The translations under genes were made by a program, and so were the position numbers. DNA of 64,000 nt from Promethearchaeota archaeon. GTDB lineage: Archaea > Asgardarchaeota > Thorarchaeia > Thorarchaeales > Thorarchaeaceae. This document shows, one piece after another, positions 30,091 through 40,418 of the stretch; the stretch's first letter is position 1; each line of letters begins with the position of its first letter. A model generated the notes under the pieces. That model saw nothing but the letters and a program-made list of their open reading frames with translations. It was not told where the DNA came from and did no database searches. Location of the stretch: positions 1 to 64,000 of the forward strand of contig WJMJ01000148.1 in the NCBI GenBank assembly GCA_014728035.1. Reading direction: 5' to 3'.

Positions 30091-30159
30091 AAAAATACGG
30101 ATGAGAAACCCTTGGAAACCCAAGGATTCCTCAATCTTCAACATCTGAATGTGAAGATT
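30090..30159 (-). terminator. Double hairpin + U-tract after 30194..32170
   Basis: CCTTGG-AAAC-CCAAGG stem (extended 30103-30132) and AATCTTCA...TGAAGATT (30133-30159). A-run at 30090-30095. Confidence 0.5.
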
Positions 30160-30193
30160 TGCTTTCAACTCATGAAATTATTCAATCTTACTC

Positions 30194-32170
30194 TCACATA
30201 GCTCCACGTCTATCCTTCAGAATCATCAGGACTGCACCTAAAGCGATTCCTCCAATTAGCGCAGCAGCTATAACAATTATCTCTGTTGTACCAGAAATAC
30301 CCACAGGAATAACTTCTACGGTGATACCAGATTCACCAAATATACTAACAAATAATCCAATATCTGCAGTACGTACACCACTTATAATAAGAGTGATTGA
30401 GTTTCCAGTTGCAGTATCAGAATCTATACTGCTCCCGCCTGCATACATATATCCAATGCTATCATAAAGTGAACTTAAACTGAAAACAGTATCAGGATTT
30501 CTGGTTATTCTGATGCCCAAAGTGTCTCCTTCTCGAATAGAAGTCTTTAGTATTCGGGTATCAATGTCTTCATCAACTTCAACAAAAGTCGAACCAGTAA
30601 TTGGCGGAACAATAGGAGGTATTTCAACAATTCCTACCTCCACATCACCACTTACATCATTAAAGAACATCAGGGTTGTTGATAAATAGACCATTATGTA
30701 AGTCTTTGAGTTGCCATGATGGAAAAAGGTTGTATCCACATCATAAGGTACATCCGATGAATGAAAATTATTAGCAATAGTAGTTAGCATCTTAGTAGTT
30801 TGTGAAGATGCTTGTGGGTCATAATATGTCATTTGTTCGTACCAATAGCTATACTGATTCCAGATTCCAGATAAAATCCGATATGAAACAGTTACATTTT
30901 CTGAATCATCTGAGTTATTATAGACATTGAAATCAAACAAGCTCATTGGACTTACACCAGTTACTTCGTATATTCCATATGTTGGACCATCTTCTTCGTC
31001 AAGAGAAATGGTTTGATTATTTCCAGGAGCGATGGTCTGCATAGGGGTACCAGCCGATAAAGACACATCGACATCACCAGAACCATCCATAGAATAAAAC
31101 CATAGTAGAAAACCGTGGGGAGCAATAGGAGTAGTCCCTAAAGATTCGTAATTAAGATACTTGTAATCGGAAGAATTTGATGTGAAAGACACAAAGTTCT
31201 GAAATACTGTAAGATCCGGAAGTGAAAGGTCATATCCAGTTGCACTTGCAGCTACTACATAGTTATCATTGTCACTATGTGTGTTCTCTCCGTACCCAGT
31301 TAGTACAACAGCGGGTCTTACATCACTATCTGGTTCTGCTAGTAAATCATAACTTACCCCATCTACAACAGGAATAAGTACTGGTTGAGAGCCTTCATAA
31401 TATTCATCAGTACTATCTAATGATATAGTTATTGACGAATCGGGATTTAGAATTACTGGATCTAATGATCTGACATGCATAGTACCACTGTCGGCCCAAG
31501 AAGAAACTTGATTAATTCTGATATAGTAGGTTCCCTCATCAAGTAATACATGGCATGACTGAGTAGTGATATATCGTTCAAACAGTTCCATTCCATGACT
31601 GTCATAGATGTACATGTAAGCAGGGTAATGGTCAGTAAAATTGAAATGGTAGACTTTGTCATTTCCAGTGGTGTCGAATTTAAACCATTCAGGTTTTTCT
31701 GGCATAGGTCTAACAGAAACATCGTCATCAAGAGTCAAATCTCTGACATCTTCCAATAGTTCCAGTTCTAGTTCATATTCGATATCTTCAGTTATTGAAA
31801 CAATACTATCAATCAATACATAGTAAGACCTTTCAGGATCATTTAGACCAACAGGAACTATTTCAAAAATCACTGTATCAGTGAAGGAATCTTCGAAAAC
31901 TGAGAATCCAGAGTACAAACTATAGAATTCTGCACCAAGTGTATATGTTACATTGTCATAATCCAGAAACAATCGATAGATTCCTGGTTCATCAATCAAC
32001 AATTCAATTCGATCACGTGTGTTATCCTCTGATAGTTCTCCATCAAAGGTATTTCCTACATTCAATGTTAACTCACTGGTCTGAGCGGCAGCGCCTGAAA
32101 AAGAACTAAAAACCAGTAGAAACATGAATATTGATATTATAGATGCATATGATGTGCGCACATATCCCAC
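30194..32170 (-). CDS. Secreted beta-rich surface protein (PPC-like domains) with C-terminal TM anchor
   Basis: Signal peptide, GELSEDNTRD...PGIYRL and LDEGTYYIRI, C-terminal TM followed by KDRR. Confidence 0.7.
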   Translation of the reverse strand: MGYVRTSYASIISIFMFLLVFSSFSGAAAQTSELTLNVGNTFDGELSEDNTRDRIELLIDEPGIYRLFLDYDNVTYTLGAEFYSLYSGFSVFEDSFTDTVIFEIVPVGLNDPERSYYVLIDSIVSITEDIEYELELELLEDVRDLTLDDDVSVRPMPEKPEWFKFDTTGNDKVYHFNFTDHYPAYMYIYDSHGMELFERYITTQSCHVLLDEGTYYIRINQVSSWADSGTMHVRSLDPVILNPDSSITISLDSTDEYYEGSQPVLIPVVDGVSYDLLAEPDSDVRPAVVLTGYGENTHSDNDNYVVAASATGYDLSLPDLTVFQNFVSFTSNSSDYKYLNYESLGTTPIAPHGFLLWFYSMDGSGDVDVSLSAGTPMQTIAPGNNQTISLDEEDGPTYGIYEVTGVSPMSLFDFNVYNNSDDSENVTVSYRILSGIWNQYSYWYEQMTYYDPQASSQTTKMLTTIANNFHSSDVPYDVDTTFFHHGNSKTYIMVYLSTTLMFFNDVSGDVEVGIVEIPPIVPPITGSTFVEVDEDIDTRILKTSIREGDTLGIRITRNPDTVFSLSSLYDSIGYMYAGGSSIDSDTATGNSITLIISGVRTADIGLFVSIFGESGITVEVIPVGISGTTEIIVIAAALIGGIALGAVLMILKDRRGAM

Positions 32171-32338
32171 CTAAGGTTTTTGATAAATTGTAATCTTTTA
32201 AGGATTATCACAATTAGTTTTAATGAATAAATCTTCCAAAACTGATAATTTGATAATTTTCCGCTACAACTGTTTATACAACAAATGCTTTGATGAGCAA
32301 ACTTATAACAAATAGATGGTAACGTGATATATTGATTT

Positions 32339-32704
32339 ATGGATGTCCTTCAAATGGTACCTTGTCATCATGTTCATGCTCACGTTATTGATTATCAATC
32401 AGAACAAGGGAACAAATGCTTAAGATTCGATATTGGAAACCACTTTGATTTATCAGATCCAGAGATTCAAAATTTACTCTGTCCAAGAGTATACCATGCT
32501 CTTTTTGCATTTCATGTAACAACTGATTATTTTTCAGAGGTAAGAGAGCCAAAAATATGCTACATTTCATGTGATAATCCTAGTGACACGATTGTCTTTG
32601 AAATCAAGTGTATTCCAGATACGAAAGACGATAAAGAAGACAAAGATACCCCGATTGCTGGATTACCAATAGATGAAAAAAGAAAAGTTGACCCACATCT
32701 TTGA
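32339..32704 (+). CDS. Hypothetical Cys-containing protein (TIGR04076-like)
   Basis: C...IG..F, LCPRVYHAL and SCDNP..IVFEI pattern. Confidence 0.45.
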   Translation: MDVLQMVPCHHVHAHVIDYQSEQGNKCLRFDIGNHFDLSDPEIQNLLCPRVYHALFAFHVTTDYFSEVREPKICYISCDNPSDTIVFEIKCIPDTKDDKEDKDTPIAGLPIDEKRKVDPHL

Positions 32705-32743
32705 GAATCTTATCGAATTCAAGCACCAGGTACTTTGGTCACT

Positions 32744-32779
32744 AAAAAGAAAAAAGAATGATGCAATAACGCATCATTC
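32744..32779 (-). terminator. Hairpin + U-tract terminator
   Basis: GAATGATGC-AATAAC-GCATCATTC, a perfect 9-bp stem, next to an A-rich run and at the stop of 32778..39425. Confidence 0.65.
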
Positions 32780-35700
32780 AAACTCGTCTTCTTGAAATAA
32801 TTATTATCATCACAATCAATCCAGATCCAGTGCTGATAACGACTATAATAATAACAAGAGTACTACCAGGCAGAATGACTGTTATTTCCGTTGTATCAGA
32901 AGTTGATGTTGGTGGAGTTGTCACATCTTCTACTGTAACACTAACAGAATCAGATACGGAATTACCTCCCTGGTCAGTTATTGTTATTTCATATACCCAT
33001 ACTCCTACTTCTGGTTCTTCTATCAGATAGACAATGGAATTGTTATTAGAATACCAGTTACCTGATTCTATTACTATTCCTTCCTTTGTAATTTCATAGA
33101 TTCCAGAAGAAAGATCAGACACAAACCATGTTATGTTTGACTCGGCGTTTTCCACTGAAATCGTGAAATCGTCAGGGTTAGAAATTACGGGTGGAGTTGT
33201 ATCGACTACAGTTACGGTGATTGATACCGACTGAACGTTTCCTTCCGAGTCACTTACAGAAATAGTTACATCATGAATACCCAATGTAAGTACACTGCGA
33301 TTTTGGAGTACGCCATCTTGATCAATTCTAAATAGAATATTATCCACATCCCATGAATCGATACCCGAGAGGTCTGTCGCATTGAGGTCGTATAGGAAAC
33401 TGTAACCCAACTCTACAGTCTGATTGGTGGGTGTAGAACCCCAATCTGGTGCGGTAGTGTCGACTACAATGATAGAAATTGACACTGTACAATAATTATC
33501 ACTTGAATCATAAGCCCTAACCTCAAGACTGTACATTCCAATATCCAAGGCTCCATCAGAATTGAGAAGTCCATCAGCATCAATAGAAAAGTGTGTTGTA
33601 TCGTTAATCCAATACGAGTCAATACCATCTAGATCGGTTGCTTCAGAATTGAAAGTATATTCAGTTCCTAGCTCTACATTTTCATCGGTTGGTTCAAATA
33701 TCCACTCGGGAGAAGTAGTATCAATGACCGTGAGTTCAAAGCTGACAGTAGCATCATTACCATAGACATCGTAAGCTATGACTGATATGTAGTATGTGTC
33801 AATATCTAGAATTCGAGCATTAGTGATGACACCTGACGCATCAATTTGGAAGTTGATATGGTCACCAATAACATAGTAGTCAACACCGCTTAAATCACTA
33901 GCATTGAGGTCATATCTAAAATCTGAACCCAATTCTAAGATTATGTTTTCGGGAGTTTCAAGCCAGTCTGGACCAGTAGTATCTTCACAAATAATTGAGA
34001 TTATTTCACTAGTTATGTGATTATAGATATCTGCGACTTCAATAATTATCCTGTACTCTCCAACATCAAGTGTTGTAGCATTAGTTAGGTGTCCATTCAC
34101 AATTGAGAAGAAGTTACTATTGTTAGTAGACCAGCTAGCAATATCATCGACATCTTGGGCTTCAAAGTATCCGGAAAGTTCCTGCCCAAATTCTACAACT
34201 TGGTCAGTAGGAGCTACCACCCAAGTAGGACCAACACCTTCGCTGATAGTAACTGTGACAGATGTGTACATCTCATTACCAACAGTATCATTGACATAGA
34301 TAAGAAGATAGTATGTGTCAATATCTAGCTGAGTTGCATTGGTTAAAGTCCCATCCACAATTTGAAAATGAAGTGTATCATTAACAAAGTAAGTATCGAT
34401 ACCAGATGGATCAACAGCTGAATATTCCATTAATAGTGGAATTCCATATTCGCTTGAGAATGAGTACGGTTCATCTATCCAAGTTGGTGCTTCAGTATCT
34501 ACAACTGATATGACAATGTCTTTGGATAAGGTATTACCATAGGTATCGTTTACAGATATCTCAAGATAGTAAACACCTACAGATAGGTATGAAGCATTTT
34601 CTAGGTCACCATTAGAGGAGATTTGGAAATTGATGGTATCGTTCAGCCACCATGAATCTAATCCAGAAAGGTCTGTGGCTCCATACATTTCAGAGAGGGT
34701 GATATTCAACTCCGCTGTGAAATCATCGGGCATTGCAGTCCAAGTCGGAGGAGCTGTGTCTATAACTTCAATGGTGATGATAGAACTACAATATTGATTG
34801 TAAGGATCATATGCACGAATCTCAAGACCGTAAGATCCAACATCAAGAAAATCTAAACTCTCGATAAATCCTGAATTATCAATAGAGAACAAGGAACTAT
34901 CATTGACCCAGTAAGCATCAATTCCACTAAGGTCAGAAGCTACAGAATAAAATGAATAAACCTCTCCGTATTGTAGAATCTCATCAATTGGTTCAACACT
35001 CCAGGTAGGTGTTGTAGTATCATTAACCTCTATTGTGATAATAGCTACACAATAATGACCGTAGGAATCATAAGCTCGAATCTCTAATCCATAAGATTCC
35101 ACATCAAGAGTATTCTTACTTTCAATCAATCCATCGTTAGTTATGGTGAATAAAGTAGTATCATTTATCCAATAAGAATTGATACCACTCAGGTCATATG
35201 CTTCAGAATTGAAAGAGTAAATCTCTCCGTATTCTATTGTATCATTATTTGGTTCAACAGTCCATGTAGGATCTGTCGTATCTATAATCTCTATTGTGAT
35301 AGTAGCTAAACAATACTGTTCATAGGGATCATAACCTCGAATCTCCAGTCCGTAACTACCGACCTCTAAAACAGTATTGCTATCAATAAGACCTGAGCTA
35401 TAGTTTGAGAAATGCGTAGTGTCATTTATCCAATAAGACACTATTCCACTAAGGTCGAATGCTTCGGAATCAAATGAATAAATTTCCCCATATTCAATGA
35501 TTTCATCTACTGGTTCATTTATCCAGATTGGAATAATACTGTCAGAAACTGTAATTGTAAACGAAGTTGACAGCATATTTCCATAAGCATCATAACATTG
35601 TAGTTCAAGATGATATAAACCGACTTCCAAAATATCCAAGTTCGTTATGATACCTTCAGAATCTACATTGAAACTATCTGTATCGTTTATCCAGTATCCG

Positions 35701-38700
35701 ATAATGTCACTCAAATCAGTAGAATTGGCATTAAATGTATATGATTCACCATACTCAATTGACACATCTTGTGGTTCATCGACCCAATTCGGACTTGTGG
35801 TATCTACCACTGTAACGAATACCGTATCAGAGTTCTGATTATAGTATTCATCTATCAATACAATAGTAAAATTGTAGACACCGGGTGAGAGACCATCAGT
35901 ACTGATAGTAAGAATTCCATTACTCCACAAGTAGTCAAAAGACAGATTATCATCTGTTCCATTTCCTACGACATCGTAGAGATTTGGATGTACATCATTC
36001 AAGCTCCAAATGATTGTATTTCCAGTCGCACCAAATTCGTATCCTCCATCGGTAGGACTTGAGATAGCTGGAACGGTATAATCTCGGACAGTTACATAGA
36101 TGGTATAGACATTACTATATCCCCCTTCAGTTGTAACTTCTATTGTATATGTATGATTATCCAATGTATAATCAAGACCAGATTCAATACGATAATTAAA
36201 AGAACCAGAATTGCTGCCCGAATCTACAACACCAGAAGACCATGACGAAGTGATACTCCATGTAGTAATGTAGTATCCTGATATTATGAAATCAAAGTCA
36301 GGAGGTGTCGGGTCGTTAACTGGATCCCATTGAATCCATAGAGGATTACTACCTAGATTTCCTTCATATAGTAAATCAGTAGGACTAAAGTCGGATAATA
36401 CATCACTAATTGTAGGAACCGTACTAACATGTACAGTTAAACTTGGATCGATATATCTTCTTGTTATGTGATATGTGGATTCTAAACTAGAGTTTACAAA
36501 GAATACTTTGTCTCCAGGTTCAGTGAATATTCTTGTAATTATGAAGTGAGTACCATTCCAAGTTGCGGTTTCATCATCCATCACAATCGTATCCTCTGCT
36601 CCAAAGCTATGACCATCAATCACGGAACGTGCTTTCAGCCAAATGGAAAACTCCTGATTTACTAGGGGATACGAATCCGAACCAAAATCATAGATTTCAA
36701 TACCATCATAAATTGCAGTCAAGCTTTTATCATTTTGATTCACAAGAGTGATTCCATATGGGCCACCTGAGTATGAAATTGAATGGATAACTCTCGTAGC
36801 AGGGTTAACACAGTTAAGTTGGAAATACCACAATCCATCCCCCTGATGAATTAAAATATTAGTCGGACGGTCATCAAGCAGAACAGTGACTGTGCCAGAA
36901 GTCACACTTGTATTGTCATATTCGTATCTCAAATTATGATAGAATTCAATTAAACTATTGTAGTTTGCTCTATTATCTGGTTCGTCAGAGTACTGGTCAT
37001 ATACAATGATTCGATCCCAAATCACAGTAGTGCTCTGAGAATTTTGATTGACCACATATAACCCATGTTCTGGTTCTAATGCTGTAACAGTATTATAGGT
37101 ATATCCTACAACAGTGCTTTGTGAAGCTGATATATACCAATATCCTGATGAAAAAATTGCACTGTATCCATTTATTGAAACAGATCCAGAAGTTAGAAGA
37201 GTATTATCCAATTCGTACCTAAGTTCTACTCCAATATCTACGGAGCTCCCAACATTTATTCTATTATCACTAACAATGTAGTCTGTTACAATCAATTGGT
37301 CCCAAGTAATTTGGATAACTGCACCATTTGTATCAAAGGAACTCAAACCATGTTCTCCGTAGAAATAACCACTAACACCGAGCATTCCACTAAATGGCTC
37401 ACTAAGAGCAGGGTAAACATCATACCAAATCCCATCACCAAGATAAGATGCATGAGAGCTCGCACTCATCGATACAATACCATCAGTTACATTAGTATTG
37501 TCATACTGATATTGAAGCCATGCATAGATGGCGACAGCCTCACCCACATTGAAGTAATTATCTGATTTATTTGTGTATATTGATTTAACAACTACTCTAT
37601 CAGTAATATAACTTTTTGAGTGAACATCATGTAGAAGATTGACATCTTCAAAATCAGCTCCTTCAGCTACAACTATGAAGTCATAATCATATAATCCATA
37701 CTCATTATCAGCTGATACAGCAACTGTAAAACTTCCATCAATATCTGAATATGATGAATCAGCCCAAGGGTAAGTACTTACTGGAAGTGACATCACAAAT
37801 ATATCAATCTCATCTGCAGATGGATGCAGGTTATTAGCGCTATTATAGTATTTTACGACTCCTAATGCATCAAGTATCTTAGAAGCTTCTCCTCGGTCTG
37901 GTGTACCTTCGCCATCGTCTAATCCGAACGAGCTCAAATCAAGACGTGTTTCAATTTCCCAATTAACTTCGTAATAATCACTATCTAAACCTCCATCGGA
38001 GTCGTATGCAACTAATCTCAAATCGATAGTATTAATGTCGGGATGATTCCAATTGATCATAATTTTAAATGTCAAGTCCAGATTGTTTCCTGATTTAGAA
38101 TATCCACATGAGCCAGAATCTAAATCAATGTAATTTGAAGAATCGCTATATTCACTGAATGTATTTGAGTCCTCATTATATCGAACAGACCAATAATTAG
38201 ATGTTCTATCATTACTGTAGCACGTTAGATATACAGAGGTGAACTGAGAATATCCTTCAGCATTTGTATGCGAAGTAGATATGGAATAGTATTTGTTTCG
38301 TGCATATAGATTATCACCGTCATCCATATTCGAACATGTAGGTGATTTGTCATTCACAGGATCAGAATTTGTAAGTTTGATATACACTCTAGAAATATAC
38401 CATGTATCTCTAATTGTGTCTTGAACCTGAGAGTAATCACGAATTTCCATATAACAGGTTGGTCCTGTTAGATAATCATGAATATCCACAGTGAAATCAT
38501 CAGTTATATGATAAGCAACAATGTTATCTGGAGTAGTATCTCCTGCCTCGAATCGAAACGTAAGGTATTCAGAACCAGGAGAGTCACTATGAAAGTCAAC
38601 ACAAAGCTCTTCTATATCATATGTGTCGTAATCAATATTTGTAAATCGATAGGTTTTTTCAAACCCAGAACCCCAATCTGTTTCGATTCCATAAATTCGC

Positions 38701-39425
38701 CAATCCTTGGCTAAGAATGCTCCTGATTCACCGTTGTATCCAGAATATATCACACGTACTCTAAAATTAGAATGAAAATATTGTGAATCAGTTGTACTTT
38801 TGCAATAATCAGAATGACTGCCACTAGGATATGAGCTACCTATATCATCCCAATGACCCGATGAATCATAAAACTGTGCTTTTACAGAATAACTTCCACC
38901 AAACCCATCGTACACTGAAATATCTAGATAAAATTCAATCTTGTTATAAGATGATGTATCTCTTGCAGGACAGTATAAATAAGCTGTTGAGCCAATTCCA
39001 TCATTACTAAATTTGTAAGATGAGGGACTGTATGTAATGTATCCATTGTCTGTCCAGCCCGAGGGTTTGCTTGCAAAATTATATTGAGAAATTAATGTAT
39101 GCTTACCGTAGGTTTGCTCTTGAAGTGTACTATAAGAATCATCGTTTGTTCCCATTCCAGAAGGTAGAGATGGGTTATGATAACCTAAATCTGAAGAATA
39201 TATGCTGTCCACAAAATCATTACCATCAGCAGATGCGAAAAAGATTGGTTCCGCTTCAACTATCTTTGTTTCTTCAACCTGCAACTCCTGTTCAAGACCT
39301 GTAGGTTGTGAAGTTGTAACTGCTTGATGAATTATTGGATTCATTGAATAAATCAACCCACAAATAATCAAACAAGTAATTACACTATACAGTATTTTTC
39401 TTTCAACAAATATTTGACGTGCCAT
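32778..39425 (-). CDS. Giant acidic cell-surface protein with Ig/cadherin-like repeats and C-terminal TM anchor
   Basis: 2215 aa. N-terminal signal/TM, beta-sandwich domains, ten ~87-aa DTT.P.W...P repeats, Thr-rich linker, TM followed by RRRV. Confidence 0.85.
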   Translation of the reverse strand: MARQIFVERKILYSVITCLIICGLIYSMNPIIHQAVTTSQPTGLEQELQVEETKIVEAEPIFFASADGNDFVDSIYSSDLGYHNPSLPSGMGTNDDSYSTLQEQTYGKHTLISQYNFASKPSGWTDNGYITYSPSSYKFSNDGIGSTAYLYCPARDTSSYNKIEFYLDISVYDGFGGSYSVKAQFYDSSGHWDDIGSSYPSGSHSDYCKSTTDSQYFHSNFRVRVIYSGYNGESGAFLAKDWRIYGIETDWGSGFEKTYRFTNIDYDTYDIEELCVDFHSDSPGSEYLTFRFEAGDTTPDNIVAYHITDDFTVDIHDYLTGPTCYMEIRDYSQVQDTIRDTWYISRVYIKLTNSDPVNDKSPTCSNMDDGDNLYARNKYYSISTSHTNAEGYSQFTSVYLTCYSNDRTSNYWSVRYNEDSNTFSEYSDSSNYIDLDSGSCGYSKSGNNLDLTFKIMINWNHPDINTIDLRLVAYDSDGGLDSDYYEVNWEIETRLDLSSFGLDDGEGTPDRGEASKILDALGVVKYYNSANNLHPSADEIDIFVMSLPVSTYPWADSSYSDIDGSFTVAVSADNEYGLYDYDFIVVAEGADFEDVNLLHDVHSKSYITDRVVVKSIYTNKSDNYFNVGEAVAIYAWLQYQYDNTNVTDGIVSMSASSHASYLGDGIWYDVYPALSEPFSGMLGVSGYFYGEHGLSSFDTNGAVIQITWDQLIVTDYIVSDNRINVGSSVDIGVELRYELDNTLLTSGSVSINGYSAIFSSGYWYISASQSTVVGYTYNTVTALEPEHGLYVVNQNSQSTTVIWDRIIVYDQYSDEPDNRANYNSLIEFYHNLRYEYDNTSVTSGTVTVLLDDRPTNILIHQGDGLWYFQLNCVNPATRVIHSISYSGGPYGITLVNQNDKSLTAIYDGIEIYDFGSDSYPLVNQEFSIWLKARSVIDGHSFGAEDTIVMDDETATWNGTHFIITRIFTEPGDKVFFVNSSLESTYHITRRYIDPSLTVHVSTVPTISDVLSDFSPTDLLYEGNLGSNPLWIQWDPVNDPTPPDFDFIISGYYITTWSITSSWSSGVVDSGSNSGSFNYRIESGLDYTLDNHTYTIEVTTEGGYSNVYTIYVTVRDYTVPAISSPTDGGYEFGATGNTIIWSLNDVHPNLYDVVGNGTDDNLSFDYLWSNGILTISTDGLSPGVYNFTIVLIDEYYNQNSDTVFVTVVDTTSPNWVDEPQDVSIEYGESYTFNANSTDLSDIIGYWINDTDSFNVDSEGIITNLDILEVGLYHLELQCYDAYGNMLSTSFTITVSDSIIPIWINEPVDEIIEYGEIYSFDSEAFDLSGIVSYWINDTTHFSNYSSGLIDSNTVLEVGSYGLEIRGYDPYEQYCLATITIEIIDTTDPTWTVEPNNDTIEYGEIYSFNSEAYDLSGINSYWINDTTLFTITNDGLIESKNTLDVESYGLEIRAYDSYGHYCVAIITIEVNDTTTPTWSVEPIDEILQYGEVYSFYSVASDLSGIDAYWVNDSSLFSIDNSGFIESLDFLDVGSYGLEIRAYDPYNQYCSSIITIEVIDTAPPTWTAMPDDFTAELNITLSEMYGATDLSGLDSWWLNDTINFQISSNGDLENASYLSVGVYYLEISVNDTYGNTLSKDIVISVVDTEAPTWIDEPYSFSSEYGIPLLMEYSAVDPSGIDTYFVNDTLHFQIVDGTLTNATQLDIDTYYLLIYVNDTVGNEMYTSVTVTISEGVGPTWVVAPTDQVVEFGQELSGYFEAQDVDDIASWSTNNSNFFSIVNGHLTNATTLDVGEYRIIIEVADIYNHITSEIISIICEDTTGPDWLETPENIILELGSDFRYDLNASDLSGVDYYVIGDHINFQIDASGVITNARILDIDTYYISVIAYDVYGNDATVSFELTVIDTTSPEWIFEPTDENVELGTEYTFNSEATDLDGIDSYWINDTTHFSIDADGLLNSDGALDIGMYSLEVRAYDSSDNYCTVSISIIVVDTTAPDWGSTPTNQTVELGYSFLYDLNATDLSGIDSWDVDNILFRIDQDGVLQNRSVLTLGIHDVTISVSDSEGNVQSVSITVTVVDTTPPVISNPDDFTISVENAESNITWFVSDLSSGIYEITKEGIVIESGNWYSNNNSIVYLIEEPEVGVWVYEITITDQGGNSVSDSVSVTVEDVTTPPTSTSDTTEITVILPGSTLVIIIVVISTGSGLIVMIIIISRRRV
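33200..35810 (-). repeat. Intragenic tandem array of ten ~261-bp units
   Basis: Unit consensus DTTxPxWxxxPxD...DLSGIxxYWINDT..F.I...G...L.VG.Y.LEI.AYD..I.V. Units at about 34760-35540 are especially similar at DNA level. Confidence 0.85.
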
Positions 39426-39657
39426 TCAAGTCCACCTAAACAACAAGAAGCTGGAAAAATGAAAATATATAAATTCTCCCTAAAATGATAAGTTATCCAA
39501 TAATGAGTAATATTACAACCTATTGATATTTAATAACATCATTATTGCTAATTTGTAACCAGAAATGCTTTCTTACATCAAGTAGTAGAAACTATTCTAG
39601 AAACATTATCTAGGATAAAAAGCAGGGTTCTTGTTTCATCAAAAGAAAATGTAATAC

Positions 39658-39694
39658 AAAAAAGAGAATCTTCGTCAATTGAAATGACGAAGAT
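39658..39694 (-). terminator. Hairpin + U-tract terminator
   Basis: ATCTTCGTCA-ATTGAAA-TGACGAAGAT, a 10-bp stem next to an A-run, downstream of 39730..40191. Confidence 0.6.
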
Positions 39695-39729
39695 AGAAGC
39701 TATCCTGTAACAGGTCCAATATCAACTAT

Positions 39730-40191
39730 CTACTCTTTGCTGAAAGCGATCATACCTAGCAAGATTACTATCAGTGAGAGAACAACTATAGAAGATAGTA
39801 TCTGCCAAAGAATTGAATCTATGGGCACCAATCTTACACCAATCTGCCCTCCAATGAACATAGATAATCCAATGAAGAAAACCAGCTTTCCGGGTGTAAA
39901 GAATCCACGTTCTATTGCGACTTCAACTTCTTTAGGTTTCTGAGGGAGAAACTTTGCATCGCCCTTGAAAAAACGAGAACCATCTTCAGTAAGATATCCG
40001 TGTAATGTCCCTTCATTCAGGAGTTCTTGAATCATATGTAGAACTTCTTCAGATGTGAGTTTCATCAACCGAGATAAGATATTGATTGAGCTGATATTTT
40101 GCTCCTCAATCATTCTGACTAGATTACTTTTTTGAATAATAGAGATTTGTGAGGTTTGAACTGTCATCATTATCAAGATACAATCGAACAT
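39730..40191 (-). CDS. PCI-like winged-helix protein with two C-terminal TM helices
   Basis: LSRLMKLTSEEVLHMIQELLNEGTLHGYLTEDG matches the PCI/wH pattern (..LI..G.I.G.I). Two TM helices follow. Confidence 0.55.
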   Translation of the reverse strand: MFDCILIMMTVQTSQISIIQKSNLVRMIEEQNISSINILSRLMKLTSEEVLHMIQELLNEGTLHGYLTEDGSRFFKGDAKFLPQKPKEVEVAIERGFFTPGKLVFFIGLSMFIGGQIGVRLVPIDSILWQILSSIVVLSLIVILLGMIAFSKE

Positions 40192-40232
40192 TAGCTATAT
40201 AGGAGAGAGCCACATTTGGTGTGCAAATCAAT

Positions 40233-40337
40233 AGGACTCAACATGAGGTCACATCATGTAACTGAGAAAAGATAGTGGTCTCAATCACATATCGAAAGAT
40301 AAGCAACTGAGACCGGGATCTATCAAACGCCAGTCCT
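40233..40337 (-). ncRNA. Candidate structured RNA / leader
   Basis: Closing stem AGGACU/AGUCCU. A 12-bp helix with three G-U pairs forms only on the - strand. Additional hairpins, with a BRE/TATA-like element upstream. Confidence 0.4.
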
Positions 40338-40418
40338 TAGTTCCTAAGGAGTGTTATAAACTCCTATAAAATTTCACGGACTGAAGTCTTAAACTTAATA
40401 ACCTTTCAGGATAATCAG

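Noticed and set aside
32702-32761. TGA followed by 18 open codons as selenocysteine readthrough
   Set aside because: No redox motif at the TGA and no recognisable SECIS. The extension runs into the A-tract of the opposite-strand terminator.
33200-35810. Regularly spaced repeats as a CRISPR array
   Set aside because: They are 261-bp in-frame coding repeats with no repeat-spacer structure and no cas genes.
40284-40308. TATC-GAAA-GATA-AGCAAC as SRP RNA helix 8
   Set aside because: It lacks the conserved CAGG strand and the rest of the SRP fold, and the G-U pattern favours the opposite strand.
40201-40410. GGAGAGA ... CTGAAG ... CTTTCAGG as a glycine riboswitch, and CTGAGA as TPP or hammerhead core
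   Set aside because: Spacing and supporting stems do not fit, and no relevant metabolic gene lies downstream.
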